64,000 bases of DNA from Acutalibacteraceae bacterium (lineage in GTDB: Bacteria > Bacillota > Clostridia > Oscillospirales > Ruminococcaceae): the NCBI GenBank assembly GCA_963626055.1, contig CAVFVI010000002.1:67225-131224 (forward strand), written 5' to 3'. The notes under the pieces are model-generated. The model was not told the DNA's origin, made no database searches, and was given only the letters and a program-made list of their open reading frames with translations. The position numbers were made by a program, and so were the translations under genes. This document shows, piece after piece, positions 1 through 10,017 of the stretch (positions are counted from its first letter, which is position 1; each line of letters starts with the position of its first letter).

Positions 1-1447
1 TCTCGCCTGTGGTGCGGATGGCTTCCATCACACCGGCGGCGGTCACATTTTCATCAAGGTACTGATACAGCGCGCTTTCGTATGCGGCGATATCCTTTAC
101 GGCAATGTCTTTCAGGTAGCCGTGGACCGTTGCATACAAAATGGCGACCTGCTTTTCTACCGGAATGGGGCTGTTGCGGTCCTGCTTCAGGATCTCCACA
201 ATGCGCTCGCCCTGTGCCAGACGGGATTTGGTGTCGGCATCCAGGTCAGAGCCAAACTGGGCGAAGCCCTGCAGCTCGCGGTACTGGGAGTAAACCAGCT
301 TCAAGGTACCGGCAACCTTTTTCATTGCCTTGATCTGTGCATTGCCGCCGACACGGGAAACAGAAATGCCGGGGTTGACAGCCGGGCGGATGCCGGAGTG
401 GAACAGCTCGGTTTCCAGGAAGATCTGGCCATCAGTAATGGAGATGACGTTGGTGGGAATATAGGCGGAAACGTCGCCAGCCTGCGTTTCGATGATGGGC
501 AGTGCCGTCAGGGAGCCGCCGCCCTTTGCGTCGCTCAACTTGGCGGCGCGTTCCAGCAAACGGCTGTGCAGGTAAAAAACATCGCCGGGGTACGCTTCAC
601 GTCCCGGAGGACGGCGAATCAGCAGCGACAGAGCGCGGTAAGCAACGGCGTGCTTGGAAAGGTCATCATAGATGATCAGCACGTGCTTGCCCTGATACAT
701 AAAGTATTCGCCCATGGCACAGCCAGCATAAGGGGCGATATATTGCAGGGGCGAAAGCTCCGAAGCGGTAGCGCACACCACGGTGGTATAAGCCATGGCT
801 CCGTTTTTCTCAAGGTTTTCAACCAGAGAGGCTACGGTAGAACGCTTCTGGCCAATGGCAACATAGATGCAAAGGACATCTTTGCCTTTTTGGTTGATGA
901 TCGTATCCGTAGCAATCACGGTTTTGCCGGTCTGGCGGTCGCCGATGATCAGCTCACGCTGGCCGCGGCCAATGGGAATCATCGAGTCGATGGCCTTAAT
1001 ACCGGTCTGCAAAGGCTGTTTGACGGGCTGACGGTCCAGGATGCCGGGTGCCGGGGATTCAATGGCGCGGTAATCGGCCGCTTCAATGGGACCCTTGTCA
1101 TCAATGGGCTGGCCCAAGGCGTTGACAACGCGGCCAATCAGAGCATCACCGACCGGGACCGACACAACTTTGCCGGTGCGGCGGATGGTACCGCCCTCTT
1201 TAATGCCGCTGTCATCGCCAAGCAAAACGATTGATACGCTGTTTTCTTCCAGATTCTGCGCCATGCCATAGGTTCCGCTGTCAAACTGCACCAGCTCGCC
1301 AGCCATGCAGTTATCAAGGCCTGCGGCGCGGGCAATGCCATCGCCCACCATGGTAACGGTACCGGTCTCGGTCTGCTCAATGGCGTTCTGGTAATATTTG
1401 ATTTGGGAACGGATAATGCGGGAAATCTGTTCAGGTTCCAGTTGCAC
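1..1447 (-). CDS. atpA: F0F1 ATP synthase subunit alpha (3' end of the gene lies beyond the window start)
   Basis: Minus-strand frame, absent from the ORF track because it runs off the edge. It reads [19 protein letters not shown]...GDRQTGKT (Walker A)...ITDGQIFLE...[17 protein letters not shown] start at 1447, alternative GTG at 1459. Follows atpH in operon order. Confidence 0.9.
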   Translation of the reverse strand, partial: MQLEPEQISRIIRSQIKYYQNAIEQTETGTVTMVGDGIARAAGLDNCMAGELVQFDSGTYGMAQNLEENSVSIVLLGDDSGIKEGGTIRRTGKVVSVPVGDALIGRVVNALGQPIDDKGPIEAADYRAIESPAPGILDRQPVKQPLQTGIKAIDSMIPIGRGQRELIIGDRQTGKTVIATDTIINQKGKDVLCIYVAIGQKRSTVASLVENLEKNGAMAYTTVVCATASELSPLQYIAPYAGCAMGEYFMYQGKHVLIIYDDLSKHAVAYRALSLLIRRPPGREAYPGDVFYLHSRLLERAAKLSDAKGGGSLTALPIIETQAGDVSAYIPTNVISITDGQIFLETELFHSGIRPAVNPGISVSRVGGNAQIKAMKKVAGTLKLVYSQYRELQGFAQFGSDLDADTKSRLAQGERIVEILKQDRNSPIPVEKQVAILYATVHGYLKDIAVKDIAAYESALYQYLDENVTAAGVMEAIRTTGE

Positions 1448-1505
1448 TGTTTGGTTCACCACACAATCTATAAAATGAAGGTGGAAACCGGCGGAAGGTT
1501 ACAGA

Positions 1506-2039
1506 TCAAATAACCACACCGCTGATTTCATTGCGCAGGCGTTCCAGCCGCCCCTGCACCGTGCCGTCCAGGCGGGTTCCGCCAAGGTCCAGCCGCAGAC
1601 CACCCAGAACACTGGGGTCCACTTTTTCTGCCAGGGTAATGGTTTTGCCGGTTACACGCTGCAATTTTTCCAGCAGTCTGCTGCGGGCACTTTCGTCCAG
1701 TGCAACAGCGGATACTGCCGTAACTTCCAAAATGTTATGGTCCTGGTTGTATCTGTCGCGGTAAGCTCTTGCGCAGGCGGGCAGTTCTGGCAGAATCTCC
1801 GCTTCGCACAAAATCTTTAAAAAGTTGACAAGATACGGATGCGCCTGCGCAAACGCCTGATCCAGCAGCGCACAGCGCTCCTTTTTGGGGATGCTGGGCG
1901 TCATCAACAGGCGCAGATATTCCGGTTCCTGCATTGCGCTGACAGCAACATCAAGCTCTGCCAGAATCCGTTCGGTCAGGCCTTCTTCCGCGGCCAGTTC
2001 ATACAGGCTTGTGCCATAACGCTTTCCGGTTTCGGTCAT
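1506..2039 (-). CDS. atpH: F0F1 ATP synthase subunit delta (OSCP)
   Basis: 177-aa ORF lying between atpF and atpA. ATGA overlap with the atpF stop. OSCP-like length and sequence (YELAAEEGL...). Confidence 0.8.
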   Translation of the reverse strand: MTETGKRYGTSLYELAAEEGLTERILAELDVAVSAMQEPEYLRLLMTPSIPKKERCALLDQAFAQAHPYLVNFLKILCEAEILPELPACARAYRDRYNQDHNILEVTAVSAVALDESARSRLLEKLQRVTGKTITLAEKVDPSVLGGLRLDLGGTRLDGTVQGRLERLRNEISGVVI

Positions 2040-2542
2040 GAGGCATCCCCCACATTCCGGATAAATTCATCGATCAGGGCCTTATGGTCCGTTTCGTTAA
2101 TTTCGCGCTCAACCACCTTGCCCGCAATACTAACAGCAATGCCGCCAATTTCGTTTTTCAGGTCGTTGACTGCTTTCTTGCGTTCCTGTGCAATATCAGC
2201 TTCGGCAGCGGCGCGCAGGGCGGCTGCTTCGGCACGGGCTTCACCAACAATTTCTTCTTCGCGCTTTTGGGCGCGGGCGGTTGCCTCGCGCAAAAGCACA
2301 TCGCGTTCGTCCCGGATGCTTTGCAGGTGCTGTTGATATTCCTGTTCCAGCTCGGCAGCTTTCTGTTTGGCTGCGTCCGCTTCGGCGTACATGGTATCAA
2401 TTTCCGCCTGGCGGTCATCGATCATCTTTTTGACCGGCTTAAACAGGAACTTTTTGAGCACCGCAAAGGTGATCATCATATTGCAGAAAGTGAACAGCGC
2501 TGTCCACGGGTTGATGCCAACAAAGCTTTCAAAGCCCGTCAC
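2036..2542 (-). CDS. atpF: F0F1 ATP synthase subunit b
   Basis: One N-terminal TM helix followed by a long charged coiled-coil (AEADAAKQKAAELEQEYQQ...). The track ORF 2036..2653 overlaps atpE, so I trimmed it to the GTG at 2542, which sits 8 nt after GGAGG. Confidence 0.8.
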   Translation of the reverse strand: MTGFESFVGINPWTALFTFCNMMITFAVLKKFLFKPVKKMIDDRQAEIDTMYAEADAAKQKAAELEQEYQQHLQSIRDERDVLLREATARAQKREEEIVGEARAEAAALRAAAEADIAQERKKAVNDLKNEIGGIAVSIAGKVVEREINETDHKALIDEFIRNVGDAS

Positions 2543-2579
2543 GAGCCATTCCTCCTTTCCTTTCGGTTGTTTGTATCCA

Positions 2580-2852
<273 letters not shown>

Positions 2853-3716
2853 TTAAGCTTCTTCAGGCGGCGGGCAGGCATTGCTGACGTAAACCATCGT
2901 CAACAGGCTGAACACCAGGGCCTGCACCCCACCAGAAAATACATCGAAATAAAGGCTCATGATGCCGGGGATGCCAACTTCCAGATACGGCACCCCTGCC
3001 AGGCCCAGCAGGGACAAAATTCCGGTTGCGGCAAATACCGCACCAAAAATTCTGTAAACCAGCTTTTTCTTGCGCACACCCAAAACCAACAGTGCAACAC
3101 CAGCCAAAAGGATCAGGATGCCGACCGTAATGCTTTTACCAACCAGACCCAGCAGCGCGGCGGAAGCCGTTGCCAAAGCAGAATAAACCAGGCTGGTCAG
3201 AACGCTGCCGCCTGCAATGTTGCCAAAGTGACGGAACGCCATCGAGATGGGCTGTGCAATTTCGGAAACAAGGTTCATCGGCGTCATGACAACAACCGGT
3301 TCGGTAAAGCCCTTCAGCCAGCCGAGCACACCGTTTGCTTTAATGGAGCAGGCCCAGCAGATCACGCTTGTCATCAAGGCCCAGGTGACGGTGGTGGAAA
3401 GATCCGCCGTGGAAGAGCGAAAAATGCCGGTCATGCCGATGTAAGAACCACAGATGGAGGAAAGGAACAACGCCCCAATATACGGTGTCCAATAGGAATT
3501 GTGCTTTCCCATCGTATCCTCAACCATGCCGTACAACATGGTAACGCCTTTTTCCACCAGTACCTGGCGGCGGCTGGGGCGCTTTTGCAGGTTGCTGCCC
3601 AGCACAATACCGGCAACGCAGAGCAGCAGCATAACTGCAAACGAAGAAACGGTTGTCTGCGTAATGGGGATACCACCAAACAATGGAATTGTGAAATAAA
3701 TCTTAGGTCCGTTCAT
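2853..3716 (-). CDS. atpB: F0F1 ATP synthase subunit a
   Basis: 287-aa polytopic membrane protein upstream of atpE. Contains the conserved MAFRHFGNIAGG motif (essential Arg). Confidence 0.85.
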   Translation of the reverse strand: MNGPKIYFTIPLFGGIPITQTTVSSFAVMLLLCVAGIVLGSNLQKRPSRRQVLVEKGVTMLYGMVEDTMGKHNSYWTPYIGALFLSSICGSYIGMTGIFRSSTADLSTTVTWALMTSVICWACSIKANGVLGWLKGFTEPVVVMTPMNLVSEIAQPISMAFRHFGNIAGGSVLTSLVYSALATASAALLGLVGKSITVGILILLAGVALLVLGVRKKKLVYRIFGAVFAATGILSLLGLAGVPYLEVGIPGIMSLYFDVFSGGVQALVFSLLTMVYVSNACPPPEEA

Positions 3717-4129
3717 GGCACTGCATCACCGCCTTTGGTATCTTTGCGGAAAAATTCGATCAGCTTAATGGCAGCCTGTGCAAACAGCAGCGGCAACAGA
3801 GCTGCCAATGGATCACAAATTTTGGCACGGAACAGCAAAACATAAATAACTGCCAGAATTGCCGTGCGCACAACGCTGGAACTCTGGATGCTCATGCGGG
3901 CCTTTACGGAGTTATCCCCCGCTGCGGCACGGTCCAGGGCGTTAGAAACGGTAATGCTTAACGCCAGAAAATTGCCCACGGCAATCACTGTGCCCAGCAG
4001 ACCGCCCAACAATACTGCCGTGGTAAACCGCCCGGCCAACGCATAAACCGCCAGCATAACAGTGGAACAACCCGCGGTTGCCAGCGCCATGCGCCCGACC
4101 TGCTGTAGAATATCCTGATGCTTTTGCAT
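3713..4129 (-). CDS. atpI: ATP synthase protein I-like small membrane protein
   Basis: 138-aa hydrophobic ORF immediately upstream of atpB with an ATGA overlap. Position and size are typical of AtpI. Confidence 0.55.
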   Translation of the reverse strand: MQKHQDILQQVGRMALATAGCSTVMLAVYALAGRFTTAVLLGGLLGTVIAVGNFLALSITVSNALDRAAAGDNSVKARMSIQSSSVVRTAILAVIYVLLFRAKICDPLAALLPLLFAQAAIKLIEFFRKDTKGGDAVP

Positions 4130-4153
4130 GGATACAGGCTCCTTCCGTTAAAA

Positions 4154-4441
4154 TTAGTGTTGATTGAACGAGATGGGCGGCGGCTCCTGCTTTTTTTTCG
4201 GGGCTCTTCCCTGCCGTTCGATGGCTTTTAATGAACTGCGCAGGCTGCCGACTGCGGCCAGCATACCCAGCGCAAACCCGACCAGGAGAACCCAGCCGCC
4301 CAAGCCGAACTGCCTGCGCAGCCAGACGGCCCCCAAAAGAAACAGCACCGGCGGAAGTACCACCGATAAGCCGAACTGGGTCAGCCAGACAAGGTGCCGT
4401 GCGGCATCGTAAAGATCCTTCATATGATTTACTGTTCCCAT
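4154..4441 (-). CDS. AtpZ/AtpR-like small membrane protein (first gene of the atp operon)
   Basis: Two predicted TM helices and a basic tail. The track ORF was trimmed to the ATG at 4441 because the predicted promoter (-10 at 4470-4475) lies inside the longer version. Confidence 0.45.
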   Translation of the reverse strand: MGTVNHMKDLYDAARHLVWLTQFGLSVVLPPVLFLLGAVWLRRQFGLGGWVLLVGFALGMLAAVGSLRSSLKAIERQGRAPKKKQEPPPISFNQH

Positions 4442-4469
4442 TCTTTCGCTTTGTATCCGCGATGGTTCT

Positions 4470-4498
4470 AGTATAAACTCTTTCCACAACAATTTCAA
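4470..4498 (-). promoter_or_regulatory. sigma-A type promoter of the atp operon
   Basis: Minus strand reads TTGAAA, 17 nt, TATACT. An AT-rich UP-like tract lies upstream. Confidence 0.55.
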
Positions 4499-4753
4499 CA
4501 TAAATTTTACTCATTTATATATAAATTTTGTAGCTAAAGAAGTGGGAAACGGACAATGCTTTTCAAAATTGCGGGTTTGCCCTATGATGGAAGCAAAAAA
4601 GCTCTGCCGACAGCAAAGTTTAAAATGTGTATACCAGACGTGCAGCCGAACAAATCCGATATTTTGACCAATTAGAACGGCGGTCCTTATCCAATCAGAC
4701 ATTAAGCGTTATACTGGCAGTTGAAGCCATAAACGGGCAGAAAAGAACAGAGT

Positions 4754-4777
4754 CCAAACCAACACGATGTGGTTTGG
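4754..4777. terminator. hairpin terminator after the ABC exporter operon
   Basis: 8-bp stem CCAAACCA/TGGTTTGG with an 8-nt loop. T-rich tracts follow on both strands. It sits 20 nt after the stop at 4797. Confidence 0.5.
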
Positions 4778-4796
4778 CCCCTGTTTTGTTGCGAGA

Positions 4797-6554
4797 TTAG
4801 ATTGTTTCGCCAATCTTCCACCCTTCGGCTTTTTCGCGGATGCGGACAAACTGCTGGTAACGGCCGGGCTGATGGATGAGCTCCTGGTGGGTGCCCTGTT
4901 CCACAATGCGGCCATCATCCACAACCAAAATCTGGTCGGCATGTTCAATGGTGGCAAGGCGGTGGGCGATGGTGATAATGGTTTTGCCGCGGGTCAATTC
5001 AGAGATTGCGGATTGAATCAGGTGTTCGTTTTCGGGGTCCACACTGGCGGTGGCTTCATCCAGAATGATGATGGGGGCATCTTTCAGCATGGCACGGGCA
5101 ATGGAGATGCGCTGCTTTTCGCCACCGGAAAGCGTTCCGCCGCCCTCGCCAATCACGGTATTATATCCATCGGGAAGCGCCATAATAAAGTCATGGCAGC
5201 AGGCCTTTTTGGCTGCGGCGATCATTTCCGCTTCGGTAGCATCCGGTTTGCCAAAGCAGATGTTGGCCCGAATTGTATCATGGAACAGGTAAACATTCTG
5301 GAACACCATGGAGATATTAGAGAGCAGGCTGTCACAGGTCAGTTCCCGGATATCATGCCCGCCCACGGAGATACTGCCGCTGTTGGGGTCATAAAAGCGG
5401 GCCAACAGGCTGCAAATGGTGGTTTTGCCGGAACCGGAGGGCCCAACGATTGCGGTCGAGGTCTTTTCCGGGATGGTAAAGCTGACATCTTTCAGCACCT
5501 GGCGGGAATCATAGCCAAAATCAACATGGTCAAAGCGGATATCAAAATGTTCCAGCGGGATGTCCTTGCCGTTGCTGTCAATAAAATGGCTGGCTTTCAG
5601 TTGATCCAGCTGGTCCATGGCATCATCAATTACGCTCAGCACGTGGGCACTGTCACTGATGGGTTCCAGGCTGGCAAAGATGCTGAACGAGAAAAAGACA
5701 AACATCAAAACAACAGGCAGTTCCATGGAGCAATTCAACCCGGACAGGCAGGCGGACAATGCCAGCCCGACCGAACCGCATTTGAGGGCCAGCAGATGCA
5801 GTGCATTGGACGGCAGATAGCCCCACTCGATTTTAAGATGGATGTTTTTGCTGTCTGCAATGGACTGGTTGATGGTATCCAGCGCGGCGGCATCTCTGCC
5901 AAAAGATTTGACGACCGCCAGCCCGCGCGCATATTCCAGGATAGCGCCGGTCATATCCCGGTTGGCCTGGGCTTCCACCGGGGCATTCTGGGCGCTGTAG
6001 TGCGAGATGGCAAGCAGAAAGACAAGGGATACCGCCGCAGCGGCAAGGGCAATCAGCGCCGTGCGGGGGCTGAATACCAGCAGGCTGAGGAAGATAACCG
6101 CAAAGTTTAAGTATCCGCCCACAAAGTTATCGATCATGCGGACGCCCATGCCCTCCAGCGTGCCAAGGCCGGTGGTGAGTGAGTTGAGAATGTTGCCGGT
6201 GCTGACCTGCTGGAAATAGCCCAACGAAACACGCTTGAGCGCATCGCCGACCGCCAGACGGTCGCGGGCTACCAGCTCATAACCAATCGCTTCCTGAAAG
6301 CGAGCGCGGAGATAGTCAAAGAGAAAGCGCAGGACCACCAGAACCAGCAGAAGAACAAGGCTTTTCCCGACCCAGCTGGTGTCAAAAGCGGTTCCATCCA
6401 TAGCGGATTGAATCAACAGGCAAATGGTATAGGCTGCCACCATGATAGGCAGTGCAGTAAACAAATGAGAGAAAAACGATACAACAAAACCGGCGTAAAG
6501 CTTCGGCTTGAACTCGCCGCACCAATCAATAATACGTTTGACGGTTTTGAACAT
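4797..6554 (-). CDS. ABC transporter ATP-binding/permease fusion (exporter type)
   Basis: N-terminal 6-TM domain plus an NBD with Walker A GPSGSGKTT, signature LSGGEKQR and Walker B IIILDEATS. Confidence 0.85.
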   Translation of the reverse strand: MFKTVKRIIDWCGEFKPKLYAGFVVSFFSHLFTALPIMVAAYTICLLIQSAMDGTAFDTSWVGKSLVLLLVLVVLRFLFDYLRARFQEAIGYELVARDRLAVGDALKRVSLGYFQQVSTGNILNSLTTGLGTLEGMGVRMIDNFVGGYLNFAVIFLSLLVFSPRTALIALAAAAVSLVFLLAISHYSAQNAPVEAQANRDMTGAILEYARGLAVVKSFGRDAAALDTINQSIADSKNIHLKIEWGYLPSNALHLLALKCGSVGLALSACLSGLNCSMELPVVLMFVFFSFSIFASLEPISDSAHVLSVIDDAMDQLDQLKASHFIDSNGKDIPLEHFDIRFDHVDFGYDSRQVLKDVSFTIPEKTSTAIVGPSGSGKTTICSLLARFYDPNSGSISVGGHDIRELTCDSLLSNISMVFQNVYLFHDTIRANICFGKPDATEAEMIAAAKKACCHDFIMALPDGYNTVIGEGGGTLSGGEKQRISIARAMLKDAPIIILDEATASVDPENEHLIQSAISELTRGKTIITIAHRLATIEHADQILVVDDGRIVEQGTHQELIHQPGRYQQFVRIREKAEGWKIGETI

Positions 6555-6557
6555 GGC

Positions 6558-8327
6558 TTATTCCTCCTTACCGGCGGAAGTTACCGCCCAGGCTTTGGCG
6601 CCAATATGCGCCTGCCACATTTCCCAGTACAGCAGGCAGCTTTCCAGCAGCTGCTCCTGCCTGCCCTGTGCCAGAACCTGGCCATCCTTCAAAACCACAA
6701 TGTTATCTGCGTTCTTGATGGTGGAAAGGCGGTGTGCAATCACCAACAGGGTCTTGCCTTTTGTCAGGGCGGCAATGCTCTGTTGAATCTTATTTTCGTT
6801 TTCGGGGTCGGTAAAAGCGGTGGCTTCGTCAAGGATCACAATGGGGGCGTTTTTCAGCAGCATGCGCGCAATGGCAATGCGCTGCTTCTCGCCGCCGGAA
6901 AGCCGCTTGCCGGCTTCGCCCGCCGGAGTATCATACCCATTGGGGAGCTTTTCAATAAATTCTTCGCACTGCGCAGCGCGGGCGGCGGCCTTTACTTCTT
7001 CATCGCTGGCGGCGGGGTTGCCCAGGCGGATGTTTTCCAACAAAGAGCAGCGGAAGAGATAATTATCCTGCGTGACAAAGCTGACAAGCCCCGACAACTG
7101 TGAAAGCGGTATCTGGCGCACATCTGCCCCGCCAATGGTAATTTGGCCTTCGGTCACATCCCAGAACCGGGCAATCAGTTTGGCCACGGTGGATTTGCCG
7201 CCGCCGGATGGGCCGACCAGAGCGGTAAAGCTCCCCTGCGGCAGATTCAGATCAATCCCATGCAGTACCTCCGGGCCGGTGGCACTGTACGAGAAGCGAA
7301 CGTTATGCAGTTCAACGCCCGTTCCGTTGACAGCCGCCCGTTGTGTGGGCTCCGGGAGCTCTTTCATAGTCAGGAACTCTTCCAGGCTTTCCACTGTGGC
7401 CTTGACCTGCCGCATATTCTCCGAGAACACCTCAAGCTTTGCTAATGAACCGACCATCGACATGGACAGCATGACCGCCAGCGCGGCCTGCGGCGCAGTG
7501 ATGATGCCTTTGCCCGCCAGCCAAAGGCTCATGGGCAGGGTGCCGATCAGGGTTGAGGGAAACAGCGCAAATGCCAGCTTCATGGTGATCCAGGTGCTGG
7601 AAAACCATTTGACCACGAACGTGCGGAAATCCGTGATGGACTTTGCGTATTTCTCGTAAGAGACACCGGCGCGGCCAAATGCTTTGATGACCTCGATACC
7701 CTCAATGTATTCCACGATGGCGCTGTTCATGGCGGAGTTGGATTCATCATAAATCTGGAAGCTTTTGCCGCTGATCACAAAGGTAAGCATCATGCAGAGC
7801 AAGGCTGCCGGGAATGTGACCAGCGATGCCAGTGCCAGAAGCCAGTCAATGCAGGCCAGCGCAAGAATGCTGACGATGGGCAAAACGATTTGCCCCGCAC
7901 CTTCCGGGATCATGTGCGCCAGGGGCGGTTCAATGTTTTCGATCTTGTCCACCATAATGTTTTTGATCTCACCGATGGAATGCTTTTGTACCTCGCCTAA
8001 CGGTGCATGCAGGAAACGCTCTACCAGGCGCAGGCGCAGCCCTTCCAGAATGTTATACGCGGCGTGGTGGGAGATGCCAGTGGAAAAGGTAAAACAGACA
8101 ACCTTGCCCGCATAGGCCGCTAATGACCACAGGCACCATGTTAAAACAGCGGATGTGGCTGCGCTGCCAGCCGCAAACAGGCAGATGACCCGGTACATGC
8201 AGTAAAACGGCACCAGCCCCAGCAAAATGCTGAGAATGGATAATACGACCGATGCGCCAAGCTCGCCTTTGGCGTTGCTGGCGTAAGCAAAGAGTGCGTT
8301 TGTCCAGTTGGACTTTTTTGGCTTCAT
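6558..8327 (-). CDS. ABC transporter ATP-binding/permease fusion (exporter type, partner of the downstream gene)
   Basis: TMD plus an NBD with GPSGGGKST, LSGGEKQR and IVILDEATA. Only a 3-nt gap to the next ABC gene, which suggests a heterodimeric exporter. Confidence 0.85.
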   Translation of the reverse strand: MKPKKSNWTNALFAYASNAKGELGASVVLSILSILLGLVPFYCMYRVICLFAAGSAATSAVLTWCLWSLAAYAGKVVCFTFSTGISHHAAYNILEGLRLRLVERFLHAPLGEVQKHSIGEIKNIMVDKIENIEPPLAHMIPEGAGQIVLPIVSILALACIDWLLALASLVTFPAALLCMMLTFVISGKSFQIYDESNSAMNSAIVEYIEGIEVIKAFGRAGVSYEKYAKSITDFRTFVVKWFSSTWITMKLAFALFPSTLIGTLPMSLWLAGKGIITAPQAALAVMLSMSMVGSLAKLEVFSENMRQVKATVESLEEFLTMKELPEPTQRAAVNGTGVELHNVRFSYSATGPEVLHGIDLNLPQGSFTALVGPSGGGKSTVAKLIARFWDVTEGQITIGGADVRQIPLSQLSGLVSFVTQDNYLFRCSLLENIRLGNPAASDEEVKAAARAAQCEEFIEKLPNGYDTPAGEAGKRLSGGEKQRIAIARMLLKNAPIVILDEATAFTDPENENKIQQSIAALTKGKTLLVIAHRLSTIKNADNIVVLKDGQVLAQGRQEQLLESCLLYWEMWQAHIGAKAWAVTSAGKEE

Positions 8328-9292
8328 CTTGTTCCCTCCTGACGGATTTCGTTCCGGTATTCAACAGGCGTCATGCCAGTAGCTTTTTTGAATGCTGCTG
8401 CAAACTTGCTGGAACTGTCGTACCCGACCTGCGCCGCAATTTCGGTTATGGTGCCGCTGCTCCGCCCCTGGCGCAGCAGTTGGGCGGCCCTGTCCATCCG
8501 GCAGGTTGTTACCCAGGTACCGATACTGACGCCGTAAATGGATTTGAAACAGGTTTTCATGGCGGTCAGCGGAATATCAAATTTTTCGGATAGCTCTGCC
8601 TGGGAATGGTTTTCGGTCAGGTGCTCGGACAGATATACACGGATGGCCTTTACCTTTTCAACCTGCGTTTTATAGAAATACGGGGCTTCTTCTTCAGACG
8701 GTATCTCCATCGCCTGCAGGTACAGCAAAAGTTCCAGCACCTTGATTTTCAGGTAAGGCAGACGGATGCTTTCCGGGATATGGTACATCTCTTCAAACAC
8801 CCGTTCCGGGAGCTCGCCGCCATGGAATACCCGCGGGTATTTGCCAAGCTGGAATTTTTCAAGCAATGCGGCCAGCGTAACAGGAAAGCTCTGCATTTGC
8901 TGGGGCAGAGCCTGTTCCGCAAGGTTCAGGTCAAGCCCTACCGTTATGCCATGGTAATGGCTGGATGGAAACACAAATTTTCCCTGGTGTGTCAGTCGGC
9001 GGTCCAGCTTCAAATCACCAGCCTTGATATAGGAAAGCGCGTTTTCGGCAGCCGTGTATTCCATCCTGCCTTCACGGCAGTAGTCGATGGCAAAAAGCTG
9101 CTGCTGTGTTGTAAAGCTGGAGTTAAAGTATGCCATGTGGAAATCATTAAAGCAAAGCGTAGCACCGGGGAACAGTTCATAGGTGGTCATGGTGCCCTCC
9201 CCGGTTTCGTTGCGGAACTGCCACACGCTGCACCCACCACTTTGCGCCAACAACGCAGCACCCTGCTGGTGGAATTCCGGTTCACAGTACAT
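8324..9292 (-). CDS. AraC family transcriptional regulator
   Basis: C-terminal double helix-turn-helix (ITEIAAQVGYDSSSKFAAAFKKATGMTPVEYR). ATGA overlap with the ABC gene, so the three genes form one operon. Confidence 0.8.
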   Translation of the reverse strand: MYCEPEFHQQGAALLAQSGGCSVWQFRNETGEGTMTTYELFPGATLCFNDFHMAYFNSSFTTQQQLFAIDYCREGRMEYTAAENALSYIKAGDLKLDRRLTHQGKFVFPSSHYHGITVGLDLNLAEQALPQQMQSFPVTLAALLEKFQLGKYPRVFHGGELPERVFEEMYHIPESIRLPYLKIKVLELLLYLQAMEIPSEEEAPYFYKTQVEKVKAIRVYLSEHLTENHSQAELSEKFDIPLTAMKTCFKSIYGVSIGTWVTTCRMDRAAQLLRQGRSSGTITEIAAQVGYDSSSKFAAAFKKATGMTPVEYRNEIRQEGTR

Positions 9293-9540
9293 GGATACAG
9301 GCTCACTTCCTTTTTGTTTCGGATTAGATTGCGCTAACTACTAGGCAAATAAAAAAGCCACACGGCGGATGATGAATTTATTATAACGAACCCGAATGCT
9401 TTTTCCTAGACCTGATTGGACAAAACGGCTCCGTTTGGTTTTCTTGCTGGTTCTTGGGGGGATTGCGTGGTCGAAATAAAGAAGCGAAAGTGCCCGCGGA
9501 TAGAAATTATATGGGAAAATAAGCGGAACGAATGGCAGGC

Positions 9541-9585
9541 GATAAAAGAAGAATCGCCCGGAACTTAAATAGCAAGTTCTGGGCG
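9541..9585 (-). terminator. orphan intrinsic terminator-like hairpin in a non-coding gap
   Basis: 12-bp stem 9555-9566/9574-9585 (includes one G-U pair) with a 7-nt loop. On the minus strand it is followed by ATTCTTCTTTTATC. No annotated gene ends here. Confidence 0.4.
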
Positions 9586-9698
9586 GGGCATTTGTGGGCC
9601 GGTGTCCTATTTCTATCCTGGCCTGGATTCTATTTTGGTATTTACAATAAGGAAAGCGTTATATTGCCGGGAAAACCGCATGATTAGCACTTGAGTAG

Positions 9699-9732
9699 CA
9701 AAAGAAAAAGCTCCAAGCCGAAGCTTGAAGCT
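9699..9732 (-). terminator. intrinsic terminator of tRNA-Leu
   Basis: Hairpin 9709-9732 (9 of 10 bp, CGAA loop) begins 3 nt after the tRNA 3' end. It is followed on the minus strand by TTTTTCTTTT. Confidence 0.7.
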
Positions 9733-9735
9733 TTT

Positions 9736-9822
9736 TGGTGCGGATGAAGGGATTTGAACCCACACTCTTTTAAGGGAACTAGAACCTGAATCTAGCGCGT
9801 CTGCCAGTTCCGCCACATCCGC
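9736..9822 (-). tRNA. tRNA-Leu (anticodon CAG), CCA encoded
   Basis: 87 nt: GCGGATG acceptor pairing with CATCCGC, anticodon stem CTAGA/TCTAG around loop TTCAGGT, long variable arm, GGTTCAAATCC T-loop, 3' CCA. Confidence 0.9.
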
Positions 9823-9858
9823 TTATTTTGTTTGGCCGCCTCACTGGCGACGAGTATT

Positions 9859-9887
9859 ATTATAACCAGCAGTACCACTTTTGTCAA
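9859..9887 (-). promoter_or_regulatory. consensus sigma-A promoter of tRNA-Leu
   Basis: Minus strand reads TTGACA (9882-9887), exactly 17 nt, TATAAT (9859-9864). An A/T-rich UP-element-like tract lies upstream. Confidence 0.7.
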
Positions 9888-10017
9888 CAGATTTTTCCGT
9901 ATTTTTTTGATTTTTTTCAAATTTGTTTTGTAAAACGAATTTGAAAACGGTAAAACGTCATTTTGCTGTTTGCTTAGCTTTTACTTTGGCCTTTTTCTTC
10001 ATACAAAAGTGCTTCCA

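Noticed and set aside
4511-4702. 63-aa minus-strand ORF in the gap upstream of the atp operon.
   Set aside because: There is no SD before the ATG (…TATAACGCTTAATG). The composition is Cys/Phe/His-rich and implausible. It lies in the AT-rich promoter/UP region of the atp operon.
9613-9816. 67-aa minus-strand ORF.
   Set aside because: It starts inside tRNA-Leu and reads through the tRNA and its terminator. It is an artefact of the tRNA sequence.
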